A stretch of 64,000 nucleotides of DNA from Verrucomicrobiota bacterium (GTDB lineage Bacteria; Verrucomicrobiota; Verrucomicrobiia; Limisphaerales; AAA164-E04). This document shows, in pieces, positions 29,345-38,530 of this stretch. The stretch is from the NCBI GenBank assembly GCA_047947115.1, contig CP170459.1:1536001-1600000 (forward strand), read 5' to 3'. Numbering within the stretch: the first letter of the stretch is position 1; every line of letters begins with the position of its first letter. Both the position numbers and the translations under genes were made by a program. The notes below the pieces were generated by a model that saw only the letters and a program-made list of their open reading frames with translations, was not told the DNA's origin and ran no database searches.

Positions 29345-30142
29345 ATGAAAAAACACCTGTTAACCTTAACAATTATGGTCACTTCGGCTTGTGCATCGAA
29401 TGCGGCGGAAGGATACACCGATACCCCGATGCAACCCAATGGACGCTGGCACGTGCATGATCCGAACCGCCCGTTGCCTCCGGTGGTCACGCCGGGAGAA
29501 TCCTTCAGTCACCAGGCAGCGGCTCCGTCCGATGCCCTTGTGTTGTTCGATGGAACCGATTTCTCGCAATGGACCGGACGCGGTGGTGAAGTGAAATGGA
29601 AACTGGAAAACGGCTACATGGAAACCACCCGCACCGGACGCATTCGAACCAAGGAAGAGTTCGGAGATTTCCAGCTTCACCTGGAATTCGCCACGCCATC
29701 CGTAGTGGAAGGCAAAGGACAGGGACGCGGCAATAACGGAGTGAATATCTTCGGAAAATACGAAATCCAGATTCTGGACAGCTATAACAATCCCACCTAT
29801 GCAGATGGCATGGTAGGTTCCATGTATGGACAAAACCCGCCCCTGAGAAATGCCTCCAAACCACCCGGCCAATGGCAGACCTACGACATCATCTTCGAAG
29901 GACCACGCTGGGACGACGAAGGTAAACTGATCAAACGCGCCCACATCACCGTGATCCACAACGGCGTTCTGCTCCACCACCGAAAAGACTTTTACGGCAA
30001 CACGCCCTACCGGGCGCTCGGTAACTACGACAAACCCCACGCCCCTACCGGATATCTGGAACTCTACGAACACGGAAACCCGGTCCGCTTCCGCAACATC
30101 TGGATTCGCCCCATCGGCGAATACGATGAGGCAGCGGAATAA
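29345..30142 (+). CDS. DUF1080 (3-keto-disaccharide hydrolase-like) protein
   Basis: 'PSDALVLFDG', 'FGDFQLHLEF', 'GQGRGNNGV', 'YEIQILDSY', 'HGNPVRFRNIWIR'. Confidence 0.92.
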   Translation: MKKHLLTLTIMVTSACASNAAEGYTDTPMQPNGRWHVHDPNRPLPPVVTPGESFSHQAAAPSDALVLFDGTDFSQWTGRGGEVKWKLENGYMETTRTGRIRTKEEFGDFQLHLEFATPSVVEGKGQGRGNNGVNIFGKYEIQILDSYNNPTYADGMVGSMYGQNPPLRNASKPPGQWQTYDIIFEGPRWDDEGKLIKRAHITVIHNGVLLHHRKDFYGNTPYRALGNYDKPHAPTGYLELYEHGNPVRFRNIWIRPIGEYDEAAE

Positions 30143-30171
30143 ACAAACCAGGAAAAGGCAAGTCATCACGA

Positions 30172-30184
30172 AATCAACAAGTTA
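30172..30184 (+). promoter_or_regulatory. IHF consensus site
   Basis: aatcaacaagtta matches WATCAANNNNTTR exactly, in an A-rich context. Confidence 0.35.
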
Positions 30185-30263
30185 AGAAAAAAACCAAGGA
30201 GGTGCCGAAACCACGTAAACACTCTATTACCATTACAATGACCGATTGCCAGGTAAGCATTAA

Positions 30264-30480
30264 TACGGCTTCAGGTATTACAACCCCGAAACTGGGCGGT
30301 GGTTGAATCGGGATCCGTTGGGTGAGTATGGGGGAATCAACCTATACGGGTTCGTTTACAACAATCCACAGATGTTTGTGGATCCTTGTGGGCTAGAGGT
30401 TGGAGACTGGTGGCATTGGCAAACCTATTGGTGCCGATTAAAGGGATTTGGAGGGGGATTATGGGATCAAGGAAACGAGA
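30264..30480 (+). pseudogene. RHS repeat-associated core remnant with the start of a C-terminal toxin region
   Basis: YGFRYYNPETGRWLNRDPLGEYGGINLYGFVYNNPQMFVDPCGL, preceded by in-frame TAA (30261) with no upstream RHS body; right end approximate. Confidence 0.85.
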
Positions 30481-30603
30481 CATGTGTGATCCCAAAACAC
30501 CAAGGGGAAATCCTCTTCATTTGTTCCCGTCTTCAGACAACCTATCTTGGCGATATATTTGCGTCAGTCTGCGCTTTTTTGCGGATTAAAAACTTAAAAC
30601 GTT

Positions 30604-31185
30604 CTATCCCAATCCGGCATATTCTTCAGGTGTGGAGATGTCCATACCCATGAGGACGTAGTCGTGCATGGCAAGGTCCATGTCCTGAACATAGTTAGGT
30701 ACGCGGGCCAGTTCCTGGAATCCTACTTCGGCGAAACCGTGGATGGCGGTGTCGCGTTCGCCGTTGATTTCGGTTTCCAGTTTTCGCAGGCCGGCGTGTT
30801 GGGCCAGTTCGATGATTTCCCTCAGCAGGATTTCAGACAGTCCTTTGCCCCGGAAGTCCGGATGAGTCAGTTCGCTTACCAGGCCGATGTGTCGCTTCCA
30901 ACCACCTTGTCTCTGGTGGAGCGTGGCTTCGGCGATGATGATGCCGTCACGAATGGCGAGAAGCGGAAGGTTGCTTTCGTAGTCAATGTTTTCGCACCAG
31001 TCGTGGAATATCTCGCCATCGTTGACTCGCCGTTTGATGAAGAGGCGTTCGTATTCCGGGATCTTGAGGTAGAAGTCTTTGATCAACTGTTCGTCTTCCT
31101 TGACCAGTGGTCGAATTTCGCAGTTGTGTCCGTCACCACAACCGGGTTTGATGGGGTATTTATCTAATGCAAGTTCGATTGACAT
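30604..31185 (-). CDS. GNAT family N-acetyltransferase
   Basis: 'EIRPLVKED', 'THPDFRGKGLSEILL' acetyl-CoA motif, 'AIHGFAEVGF'. Confidence 0.9.
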   Translation of the reverse strand: MSIELALDKYPIKPGCGDGHNCEIRPLVKEDEQLIKDFYLKIPEYERLFIKRRVNDGEIFHDWCENIDYESNLPLLAIRDGIIIAEATLHQRQGGWKRHIGLVSELTHPDFRGKGLSEILLREIIELAQHAGLRKLETEINGERDTAIHGFAEVGFQELARVPNYVQDMDLAMHDYVLMGMDISTPEEYAGLG

Positions 31186-31410
31186 ATGTCACCTCTCTAT
31201 TTGTGGAGGAAAAGCCACGTCTTAGATCCGATGGCTATCGTCCTGGTTTATTGCTCACGTCTTCCCTTGCCGGGCTCTCAACGCGGAGATGAAGAGTATC
31301 TTTGTCTCTCTTTACCAGATCCAACATAGCTGAAGTAGTTGGCGGGAGGCTTATCCGATTTTGGCCAACCCTCAACTTTATTTCCCGAAGGATTTTGAGG
31401 TGTGAGGAAT

Positions 31411-31442
31411 AAAAAAAGCGGAAACCTGTTCGGTTTCCGCTT
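31411..31442 (-). terminator. Intrinsic terminator of the MFS/isomerase operon
   Basis: aagcggaaacc-tgttc-ggtttccgctt with a preceding A7 run (U-tract on the minus strand). Confidence 0.8.
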
Positions 31443-31472
31443 GTTGTGTGAAAGGGGGAGGAGTGCGTCAGA

Positions 31473-32387
31473 TCAGCTAAGCTCTTCGCGAACCCGCACG
31501 AGCAAATCCTTCGTGGCTTTGATGCCTTCCATTTCGGAAAGCTTGCTTCCTTCGTATTCGATGCCCACATGTCCGTGGTAACCTGCTTTCAAAACGATCT
31601 TCATCATCTTGAAGTAGTCGGTGTGTGTTTCGTTGCCGTTTTCGTCGAAGTCGTGTGATTTGGCGCTGACGGCCAAGGCGTGAGGCATCAGTTCTTTAAC
31701 ACCTTTGTAGCGGTCATATTCTTCATCACGGCTGACACGGAAATTACCGAAGTCGGGCAAGGTGCCGCAGTTGGGCAGGTTGACTTTTTTCATGACACCA
31801 GCAAGCCAGGCGCCATTTGATGACAGACCGCCGTGGTTTTCAACGATCACGCCGATGCGGTAATCTTTGGCGAAATCAGCCAGAGCAGCCAATCCGTCTG
31901 CGGCGCGGTCCTGTTGCTCTTCGTAAGATCCGGTGTTGCCGGTGGCCGCGTTGACACGAATGGAGTGACAGCCCAGAAATTTGGCGGCCTCGACCCATTT
32001 GTGATGGTTTTCGACGGCCTTGTGGCGTTTGGCTTCATCGGCGTCACCGAGGTTGCCTTCGCCATCGATCATGATGAGCACATTCTGGACACCTTCACCT
32101 TCGGCACGTTTGCGCATTTCCATCAGGTATCCACCGTCGGTTGCCTTGTCTTTAAAGAACTGATTGACGTATTCGACGGCTTCGATGCCGAACTCGCGTT
32201 TGGCGACCTTGGCGTAATCGAGATGGTTCAATTTACCTCCGAAAAGGGTTTTATGCAGTGACCATTCCGCCAGGGATATTTTGAACAACGGGTCCTTGGC
32301 GGCGCTCAATGCGGGTGCGAGGGAGAAGGCTCCCATCGCCAGACCTGCTTGTTTGATAAAATGACGACGATTCATGGATGGCTTCAT
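31473..32387 (-). CDS. Tat-exported sugar phosphate isomerase/epimerase (xylose-isomerase-like TIM barrel)
   Basis: 'NRRHFIK' Tat motif; 'ISLAEWSLH', 'VENHGGLSS', 'GTLPDFGNF', 'GIEYEG'. Confidence 0.92.
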   Translation of the reverse strand: MKPSMNRRHFIKQAGLAMGAFSLAPALSAAKDPLFKISLAEWSLHKTLFGGKLNHLDYAKVAKREFGIEAVEYVNQFFKDKATDGGYLMEMRKRAEGEGVQNVLIMIDGEGNLGDADEAKRHKAVENHHKWVEAAKFLGCHSIRVNAATGNTGSYEEQQDRAADGLAALADFAKDYRIGVIVENHGGLSSNGAWLAGVMKKVNLPNCGTLPDFGNFRVSRDEEYDRYKGVKELMPHALAVSAKSHDFDENGNETHTDYFKMMKIVLKAGYHGHVGIEYEGSKLSEMEGIKATKDLLVRVREELS

Positions 32388-32396
32388 TTTGTGTAA

Positions 32397-33776
32397 TTAG
32401 TCTTGTTGAGTGGATGTTTGTGAGTTGCTTTTTTGTTCCTTGAACAGTGCCAGGAACACGACCATGACGATGGCTGCAAAAACAGCCGGTTTGCCCCAGA
32501 GCGGTTTCCATTCCAGAGATTTTAACTCCGATTTGCGTGCGGCTTTGGCTTCTTCTTCGAGAATGGCAATCTGGTTTTGCAGTGCCTCTTTTTCACCTTC
32601 AGCAATGGTGGGCAATTGATCCTTGAGGCCTTGAGCTTCGGTTGTTTTGGCCTGGACTTCTGCTGCAAAGGTGGCTGCTGCTTCCGGTGTGTGTTTGGCT
32701 TCAATGTTCCCTGCGATCTGCGCTCCGATAAACATGCCAAGTCCAAGGGTGAACAAAACCAGCATACCCTGAGCTTGTGCCCGGATTTGTTTCGGCGCAA
32801 AGCGATCGGTGTAGATCTGACCAGTGACAAAGAAGAAATCGTAGCAAATACCGTGGATGACAACACCTGTGAGGATCATCCATCGTACCTCGTCCGGAGC
32901 GCCGATGGCAAACAATCCATATCGAACCACCCAGGCCAACATGCCGACCGCCAGCATCCATTTGACACCGAGGCGCGCAAAAAAGAAGGGCATGATCACC
33001 ATGAAAAAGATCTCCGACATCTGTCCGTAGGACATGGTCTGGCCGATGGGCAGTCCGGTCATTTCAACGACACGGCTGGCGATCTGGTAGTAGAACGCCA
33101 AAGGGATGCAGATCAGGAAGGAAGATATCATGAATACCAGATAGGAGCGGTTCTTCAAGAGGACCAAGGCATCCAATCCAAGAATCTGTCCCAAGGTGAT
33201 TTTTCCTTCCTGTTTGTTTGGTGGGGTGTGGGGTAACATGAAGCTGACCACTCCCAGTGCCAGTGAAGCAACAGCGGTCAGGTAGAACATTGAAATGGAT
33301 GTATCCCACGCCAATCCTGTCAAAAGGAGACCTGCCGCGATCCATCCGATGGTTCCGAAAACACGGATGAGAGGAAATTCTTTATCTGGATTGGTCATGT
33401 TTTTCATGGCCAAAGTGTTGGAAAGTGCCAGTGTCGGGTAATAGGTCAGCATGTATCCAAAGAAAACCCAGTTGATCAAACCCGGAGAGGGTTCCGCCAC
33501 CTTCATCAATCCAGTTGCAGCCAGCATGATAAGTCCGCCGGCAAAGTGCATCACGCCCATGACACGCTGGGCGGCGAAAAACCGGTCTGCGATCATCCCC
33601 ACAAAGAAAGGGGAAATAATTCCAGCCAAGGGGCCAACAGAATAGGTCCATCCAAAATCTTTGGCTCCAAAACCGATGGTACCCAAATAATTGGGCGCTG
33701 TTACATACCAGGCTCCCCAGACGAAAAACTGGAGGAACATCATGACCGACAATTGAATTCTTACGATTGGGTTCAT
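32397..33776 (-). CDS. MFS transporter, nucleoside:H+ symporter (NupG/XapB-like) family
   Basis: '[15 protein letters not shown]', '[13 protein letters not shown]', 'GQMSEIFFM', '[15 protein letters not shown]'. Confidence 0.93.
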   Translation of the reverse strand: MNPIVRIQLSVMMFLQFFVWGAWYVTAPNYLGTIGFGAKDFGWTYSVGPLAGIISPFFVGMIADRFFAAQRVMGVMHFAGGLIMLAATGLMKVAEPSPGLINWVFFGYMLTYYPTLALSNTLAMKNMTNPDKEFPLIRVFGTIGWIAAGLLLTGLAWDTSISMFYLTAVASLALGVVSFMLPHTPPNKQEGKITLGQILGLDALVLLKNRSYLVFMISSFLICIPLAFYYQIASRVVEMTGLPIGQTMSYGQMSEIFFMVIMPFFFARLGVKWMLAVGMLAWVVRYGLFAIGAPDEVRWMILTGVVIHGICYDFFFVTGQIYTDRFAPKQIRAQAQGMLVLFTLGLGMFIGAQIAGNIEAKHTPEAAATFAAEVQAKTTEAQGLKDQLPTIAEGEKEALQNQIAILEEEAKAARKSELKSLEWKPLWGKPAVFAAIVMVVFLALFKEQKSNSQTSTQQD

Positions 33777-34057
33777 TGTTTTTTAATGGTTCGATGCTTT
33801 GATAGGGCTCAATTCTTGAAAAGGGATCAGCCCGGCATACAATTTCTCCTGCACACCGTTCGGACGGCACCGGGGAAATCGCTGAGAGGCTAAGGGATTC
33901 AGACCCCATATAGCAAGCTCATTGATTCGTGATGATGGACCTGAGGAATGATCATAGGTAGACCGGATCGTCCCTGATCCAGCCCGCGAGAGGTGCGATG
34001 GGGGAGCGGGGTTTTGGGCGCGGTTGGGTTTTCCGTTAAGGAGGGGAAGCGGGGGAT

Positions 34058-34098
34058 GGTAGGCACAAGGATTGCGCGCCGAGACGCCACGCTCTACC
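34058..34098. repeat. Degenerate GTAG-type REP-like element
   Basis: ggtag-gcacaaggattgcgcgccgagacgccacgct-ctacc: GTAG/CTAC ends with a GC-rich imperfect interior; single copy in this window. Confidence 0.3.
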
Positions 34099-34136
34099 TG
34101 GGGTTTATTTACTATTCACTATTTTAAATTCACCAT

Positions 34137-35825
34137 TTATTTCGGCTTCCACGGAGCCTTCAAGGAAATGGTGCGGTTGAATATGATTTGGTCGGGAGTG
34201 GAATCTTTTGAATCCAGGCAGAAATAGCCGACGCGTTCGAACTGATAACGTTCGTCTTTGCTGGCGTTTTTAAGGCTGGGTTCGAGTTTGCAGTCCTTTA
34301 GGACGGACAGTGATTCCGGATTAAGAAATTCTTTGTAGTCCTTCTTGTCCTTGTCAGCGTCCGGCTCTTCAACGGTGAAGAGTCGTTCGTAAAGGCGGAC
34401 CTCTGCGTCCACGGCATGTTGGGCGGAGACCCAATGGATGGTTCCTTTGACTTTTCGTCCGGCGGTGGCACCTCCACTTTTGGAATCCTGATCGACAGTG
34501 GCACGGATTTCCACCACATTGCCAGTCTCATCCTTGACGACTTTTTCGCATTTCAGGATGTAGGCGTAGCGCAGGCGGACCTCTCCTTCAGGCTTGAGTC
34601 GGAAGAATTTTTTGGGAGCGTCCTCCATGAAATCCTCCTGTTCGATATAGATTTCACGGGTGAAGGGCAGGATACGTGTTCCGGCTTCGGGGTTTTCGGG
34701 ATTGTTGATGGCTTCAAGTTCTTCGTAGTGATCCTCAGGAAGGTTTTCGATGACGACTTTAAGTGGTTTGAGTACCCCCATGACACGTAATGCGCGTTTG
34801 TTCAGATCCTCGCGGATACTGTGTTCCAGCACGGCGATGTCGGTCAATCCATCGTATTTTGTGATGCCAATCCGCTTGCAGAAGTGTCGGACGGATTCTG
34901 CGGTAACTCCACGTCGTCGGAGTCCCGAGATGGTGGGCATGCGGGGATCATCCCATCCGGAAACGTTCTTTTCTTGCACGAGCTGTAGCAGTTTGCGTTT
35001 GCTCATTACGGTATAACCGAGATTCAGTCGGGCAAATTCGATCTGTCTTGGTAGCGGGCGTGGAAGGTTGACGTTTTCCAGGATCCAGTCGTAGAGCGGA
35101 CGATGCACCTCAAATTCCAGTGTGCAGAGCGAGTGGGTGATGCCTTCGATGGCGTCGCTCAGGCAGTGGGCGAAGTCATACATTGGGTAGATTGGCCAGG
35201 CGTCTCCGGTGCGGTGGTGGTGCACGCGCCGGATCCGATACAGGGCCGGGTCTCGCATGTGTATGTTGGGGGACGCCATGTCGATTTTGGCACGCAAGGT
35301 TTTGCTGCCGTCTTCGAATTCACCGGCGCGCATGCGTGCGAAGAGGTCGAGATTTTCTTCCACGGACCGATCGCGGTTGGGGCTTTCTTCACCGGCACGG
35401 GTGGGTGTTCCACGTGTACGCATGAAATCTTCGGCCGAAAGATCGCAGACGAAGGCTTTGCCGGCTCTGATCAGGTCCTGAGCAAAGGCGTAGAGTTTTT
35501 CAAAGTAATCGGATGCAAAAAACTGATTCTCCTTCCAATCGAATCCCAGCCAGCGGACGTCTTCCTTGATGGAGTCCACATATTCGGTGTCTTCGCGGGT
35601 TGGGTTGGTATCGTCGAATCGCAGGTGGCAGGTGCCCTGATTTTCCTGCGCAACGCCAAAGTTCAGGCAGATGGACTTGGCGTGTCCTATGTGCAGGTAG
35701 CCGTTGGGTTCCGGTGGGAACCGGGTGATGATATGGTTGTGCTTGCCCGAGGCGAGGTCGCCCTGGACGATCTCGCGGATAAAGTCCAATGAGTCGTTCG
35801 ATTCGTTTGATGCTTCCGATGCCAT
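34137..35825 (-). CDS. glnS: Glutamine--tRNA ligase
   Basis: [29 protein letters not shown], '[10 protein letters not shown]', 'FERVGYF'. Confidence 0.97.
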   Translation of the reverse strand: MASEASNESNDSLDFIREIVQGDLASGKHNHIITRFPPEPNGYLHIGHAKSICLNFGVAQENQGTCHLRFDDTNPTREDTEYVDSIKEDVRWLGFDWKENQFFASDYFEKLYAFAQDLIRAGKAFVCDLSAEDFMRTRGTPTRAGEESPNRDRSVEENLDLFARMRAGEFEDGSKTLRAKIDMASPNIHMRDPALYRIRRVHHHRTGDAWPIYPMYDFAHCLSDAIEGITHSLCTLEFEVHRPLYDWILENVNLPRPLPRQIEFARLNLGYTVMSKRKLLQLVQEKNVSGWDDPRMPTISGLRRRGVTAESVRHFCKRIGITKYDGLTDIAVLEHSIREDLNKRALRVMGVLKPLKVVIENLPEDHYEELEAINNPENPEAGTRILPFTREIYIEQEDFMEDAPKKFFRLKPEGEVRLRYAYILKCEKVVKDETGNVVEIRATVDQDSKSGGATAGRKVKGTIHWVSAQHAVDAEVRLYERLFTVEEPDADKDKKDYKEFLNPESLSVLKDCKLEPSLKNASKDERYQFERVGYFCLDSKDSTPDQIIFNRTISLKAPWKPK

Positions 35826-36039
35826 AGATTGATTCAATAAGCTTTCAACGATTCCTGATCGTTATCCGGAAGACGATACCGATGCTGTCGAGCAAGGCAA
35901 CGCCAATGTGCTGGTTTTGTGATTGTTTTGGCAAGTTTGCCCCGGAGATTTGATTGTTTGGAGGGGGGAGAGATTTGTATCGGGGGTTTTGATTTATCAT
36001 TTTTCAGTTCCGGACCTTTGTGCTAAGGTCTGCTCCAAC

Positions 36040-37635
36040 ATGCAAATAACAGGTAAACATTTGATTGGGGATACATTGGGAGCGGTTGGACAGGAAACGT
36101 TTCAGGCTTCTAACCCGTCCACGCAAGTGGCTTTGGAGCCCGCTTTTCATGAGGCGACAGTTGCGGAAGCCGGGATGGCTCTGCGTTTGGCCCAGGAGGC
36201 TTTCGATCCATTTCGCAGCAAATCGCCTGAAGAACGCGCTCAGTTTCTGGAGGCCATAGCCGATGAAATCATGGCATTGGGCGAACCTTTGTTGGAACGG
36301 GCGCACCTGGAAACTGGGTTGCCTATGGCCAGGCTGACCGGTGAGCGTGGTCGCGCTGTGAATCAGGCAAAGCTTTTTGCCCAGGTCATTCGCGAAGGTT
36401 CCTGGGTGGATGCCCGCATCGATCAGGCGATTCCGGATCGGCAACCACTGCCTAAACCGGACGTGAGGCGTATGTTGGCCCCCATTGGACCGGTCGTTGT
36501 ATTTGGTGCCAGTAATTTTCCATTGGCCATTTCCGTGGTGGGATCCGACACGGTTTCCGCTTTGGGGGCAGGGTGTCCGGTTGTAGTAAAGGGGCATCCG
36601 GGGCATCCCGGGGTGTGTGAGATGTTGGGGCGTGCCGTTCAGAATGCGGTCAAGAAATGTGGTTTGCCGCCCGGTGTGTTTTCCATGTTGCAGGGAGCAG
36701 GGCATGAACTTGGTGTGGCCTTGGTTCAACATCCGTTGACACAGGCGGTTGCTTTTACAGGATCACTGCGCGGAGGGCGTGCTTTGTTTGACGTGGCCAA
36801 TGCCCGCAAGGAACCCATTCCTTTCTATGGCGAGATGGGAAGTGTGAACCCTGTGTTCATCCTGCCCGGAGCGGCGGCGGAACGGGGTGACGCGATTGCC
36901 GAACAGTATGTCCAGTCGGTGACTCTCGGGGTTGGGCAGTTCTGCACGAATCCCGGCATGCTGATCGGGTTGAAAGGTGACTCTCTGGATCGACTGGCTC
37001 AAAAAACGGCGGAAGCAGCCGGCAACGCCGGGCCTTCAACCATGTTGCATCAGGGTATCTGCCGGTCTTTTGATGCGGGGCTGGAAAAACTGAGGAGCAT
37101 TCCCGGGGTTCAAACCCTGGGAAGTTCTACGACGGCATCGGATTCCTCCAAAACACAGGCTGCTTGTCACATTTTCGAGGCGGATCTCAGCACCTTGTTT
37201 GCACATCCGGAATTGAAGGAGGAAAACTTCGGTCCCTCCTCTGTTTTTCTGAAGGGGGATTCCGCCGAACAACTGGAACAGGCTGCCGAAGGTTTGGAAG
37301 GGCAGCTGACTGCCACCATTCATGGAACTGAAGAAGATCTTCAAAATCATGCCCGGCTCGTTCAAATTCTGCAACGCAAGGTGGGGCGTTTGATTTTTAA
37401 CGGATTTCCCACGGGAATTGAGGTCTGTCCGTCCATGCACCATGGAGGTCCTTATCCTTCCACCACGCACACTCACTTTACCTCGATCGGAACGGCTTCG
37501 ATTACCCGGTTTGTGAGGCCTCTCTGTTTTCAGGGATTTCCGGATGCCGCCCTGCCAGCGGAACTCCGTAATCGAAACGAGCGAGGCATTCTTCGTATGG
37601 TGGACGGGAAATATACCACAGACGATGTGAAATGA
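36040..37635 (+). CDS. NADP-dependent aldehyde dehydrogenase, alpha-ketoglutaric semialdehyde dehydrogenase (KGSADH)-like
   Basis: 'VFGASNFPLA', 'FTGSLRGG', 'EMGSVNP', 'GVGQFCTNPG', 'HGGPYPST'; start ATG 36040. Confidence 0.92.
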   Translation: MQITGKHLIGDTLGAVGQETFQASNPSTQVALEPAFHEATVAEAGMALRLAQEAFDPFRSKSPEERAQFLEAIADEIMALGEPLLERAHLETGLPMARLTGERGRAVNQAKLFAQVIREGSWVDARIDQAIPDRQPLPKPDVRRMLAPIGPVVVFGASNFPLAISVVGSDTVSALGAGCPVVVKGHPGHPGVCEMLGRAVQNAVKKCGLPPGVFSMLQGAGHELGVALVQHPLTQAVAFTGSLRGGRALFDVANARKEPIPFYGEMGSVNPVFILPGAAAERGDAIAEQYVQSVTLGVGQFCTNPGMLIGLKGDSLDRLAQKTAEAAGNAGPSTMLHQGICRSFDAGLEKLRSIPGVQTLGSSTTASDSSKTQAACHIFEADLSTLFAHPELKEENFGPSSVFLKGDSAEQLEQAAEGLEGQLTATIHGTEEDLQNHARLVQILQRKVGRLIFNGFPTGIEVCPSMHHGGPYPSTTHTHFTSIGTASITRFVRPLCFQGFPDAALPAELRNRNERGILRMVDGKYTTDDVK

Positions 37636-38489
37636 TTCAGTTTCCTTTCCATCGGTTTCAGGCTGCATGTCCGGGTTTGTCCGTCGCGGTGGCTGTCACA
37701 TTAATGACAGCTTGCGGACCTTCGCCCAGGGGGGAAACCGGTTCATCCCCAGGAAATCGAGTTTCTTCAGGATCAGCCGAAGGTCCGGTGTTGCAAGATT
37801 CCCTCGGGCAGGCTGCCGAAACGGTCAGTTCAGATGAGCCCGGGCTTGCCGACGGCCATGCCGAGCCTGAGACTGTTGTCGAAGATTTCGAGATGCCCTC
37901 CCTCATGGATTACGCCGAGGCTGAGGAAGCGATGACCGAGGGGACGGAGCTCTTGTCTCAAGGTGATTTCGAAAAAGCCATCGAACAGTTTGAATTTGCC
38001 AGGAAAATAGACTCTGAAAATGAAGAGGTTTATTTCAATCTGGGCTACGCTCTGACAAGGGTGGGCAGGAAAGAGGAGGCCATCGCCGCTTACGAGAAGA
38101 CCATTAAAATTTTTCCCGATTACGGTGAGGCCCATAATAATCTTGGAAACCTTCTGATGAACCGGAAATCGTTCGACAAAGCTGTCGAACATTTCAGGGT
38201 GGCGCTGGAGATCAATCCGGATCATGCCGTGGCCCATAACAACCTGGGCACGGCTCTCAGTCGTCAAAGCAAGTTCAATGAAGCGATGCCTCACTTTTTC
38301 AAAGCAACCCAGTTGGATGACGGCTACATTCAGGCCTGGTGCAATCTGGGCAACGCCTATGTTTCTCTGGGACGTTTCGAGGAGGCTTCAGGGGCATTCC
38401 AAAATGCCCTGAGTATTGATTCAACCTTTCCCCCCGCCCTCCGTGGCATGCAGCGTCTCCAAGTCAAAGCTGGCGGCCTGTCGAGGTAG
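37632..38489 (+). CDS. Tetratricopeptide repeat (lipo)protein
   Basis: LMTAC lipobox-like motif; about five TPRs (YFNLGYAL, AHNNLGNLL, AHNNLGTAL, AWCNLGNAY). Confidence 0.9.
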   Translation: MIQFPFHRFQAACPGLSVAVAVTLMTACGPSPRGETGSSPGNRVSSGSAEGPVLQDSLGQAAETVSSDEPGLADGHAEPETVVEDFEMPSLMDYAEAEEAMTEGTELLSQGDFEKAIEQFEFARKIDSENEEVYFNLGYALTRVGRKEEAIAAYEKTIKIFPDYGEAHNNLGNLLMNRKSFDKAVEHFRVALEINPDHAVAHNNLGTALSRQSKFNEAMPHFFKATQLDDGYIQAWCNLGNAYVSLGRFEEASGAFQNALSIDSTFPPALRGMQRLQVKAGGLSR

Positions 38490-38530
38490 AGCAGGCTTTG
38501 CGTTCATCTGTGGCAACTGCGGATGGACTT

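Noticed and set aside
30555..30595. 'atttgcgtcagtctgcg...ttttgcgg' resembling short intergenic repeats
   Set aside because: Single degenerate copy; cannot be supported as a repeat from this window.
30303..30653. Intact 116-aa gene
   Set aside because: It starts inside the RHS core motif and its tail runs into non-coding-looking DNA and the convergent GNAT gene; treated as a remnant.
33870..33995. TPP-riboswitch-like words (GCTGAGA...ACCC...CCTGA)
   Set aside because: On the + strand while both flanking genes are on the minus strand; spacing and 3' consensus do not fit; no thiamine gene nearby.
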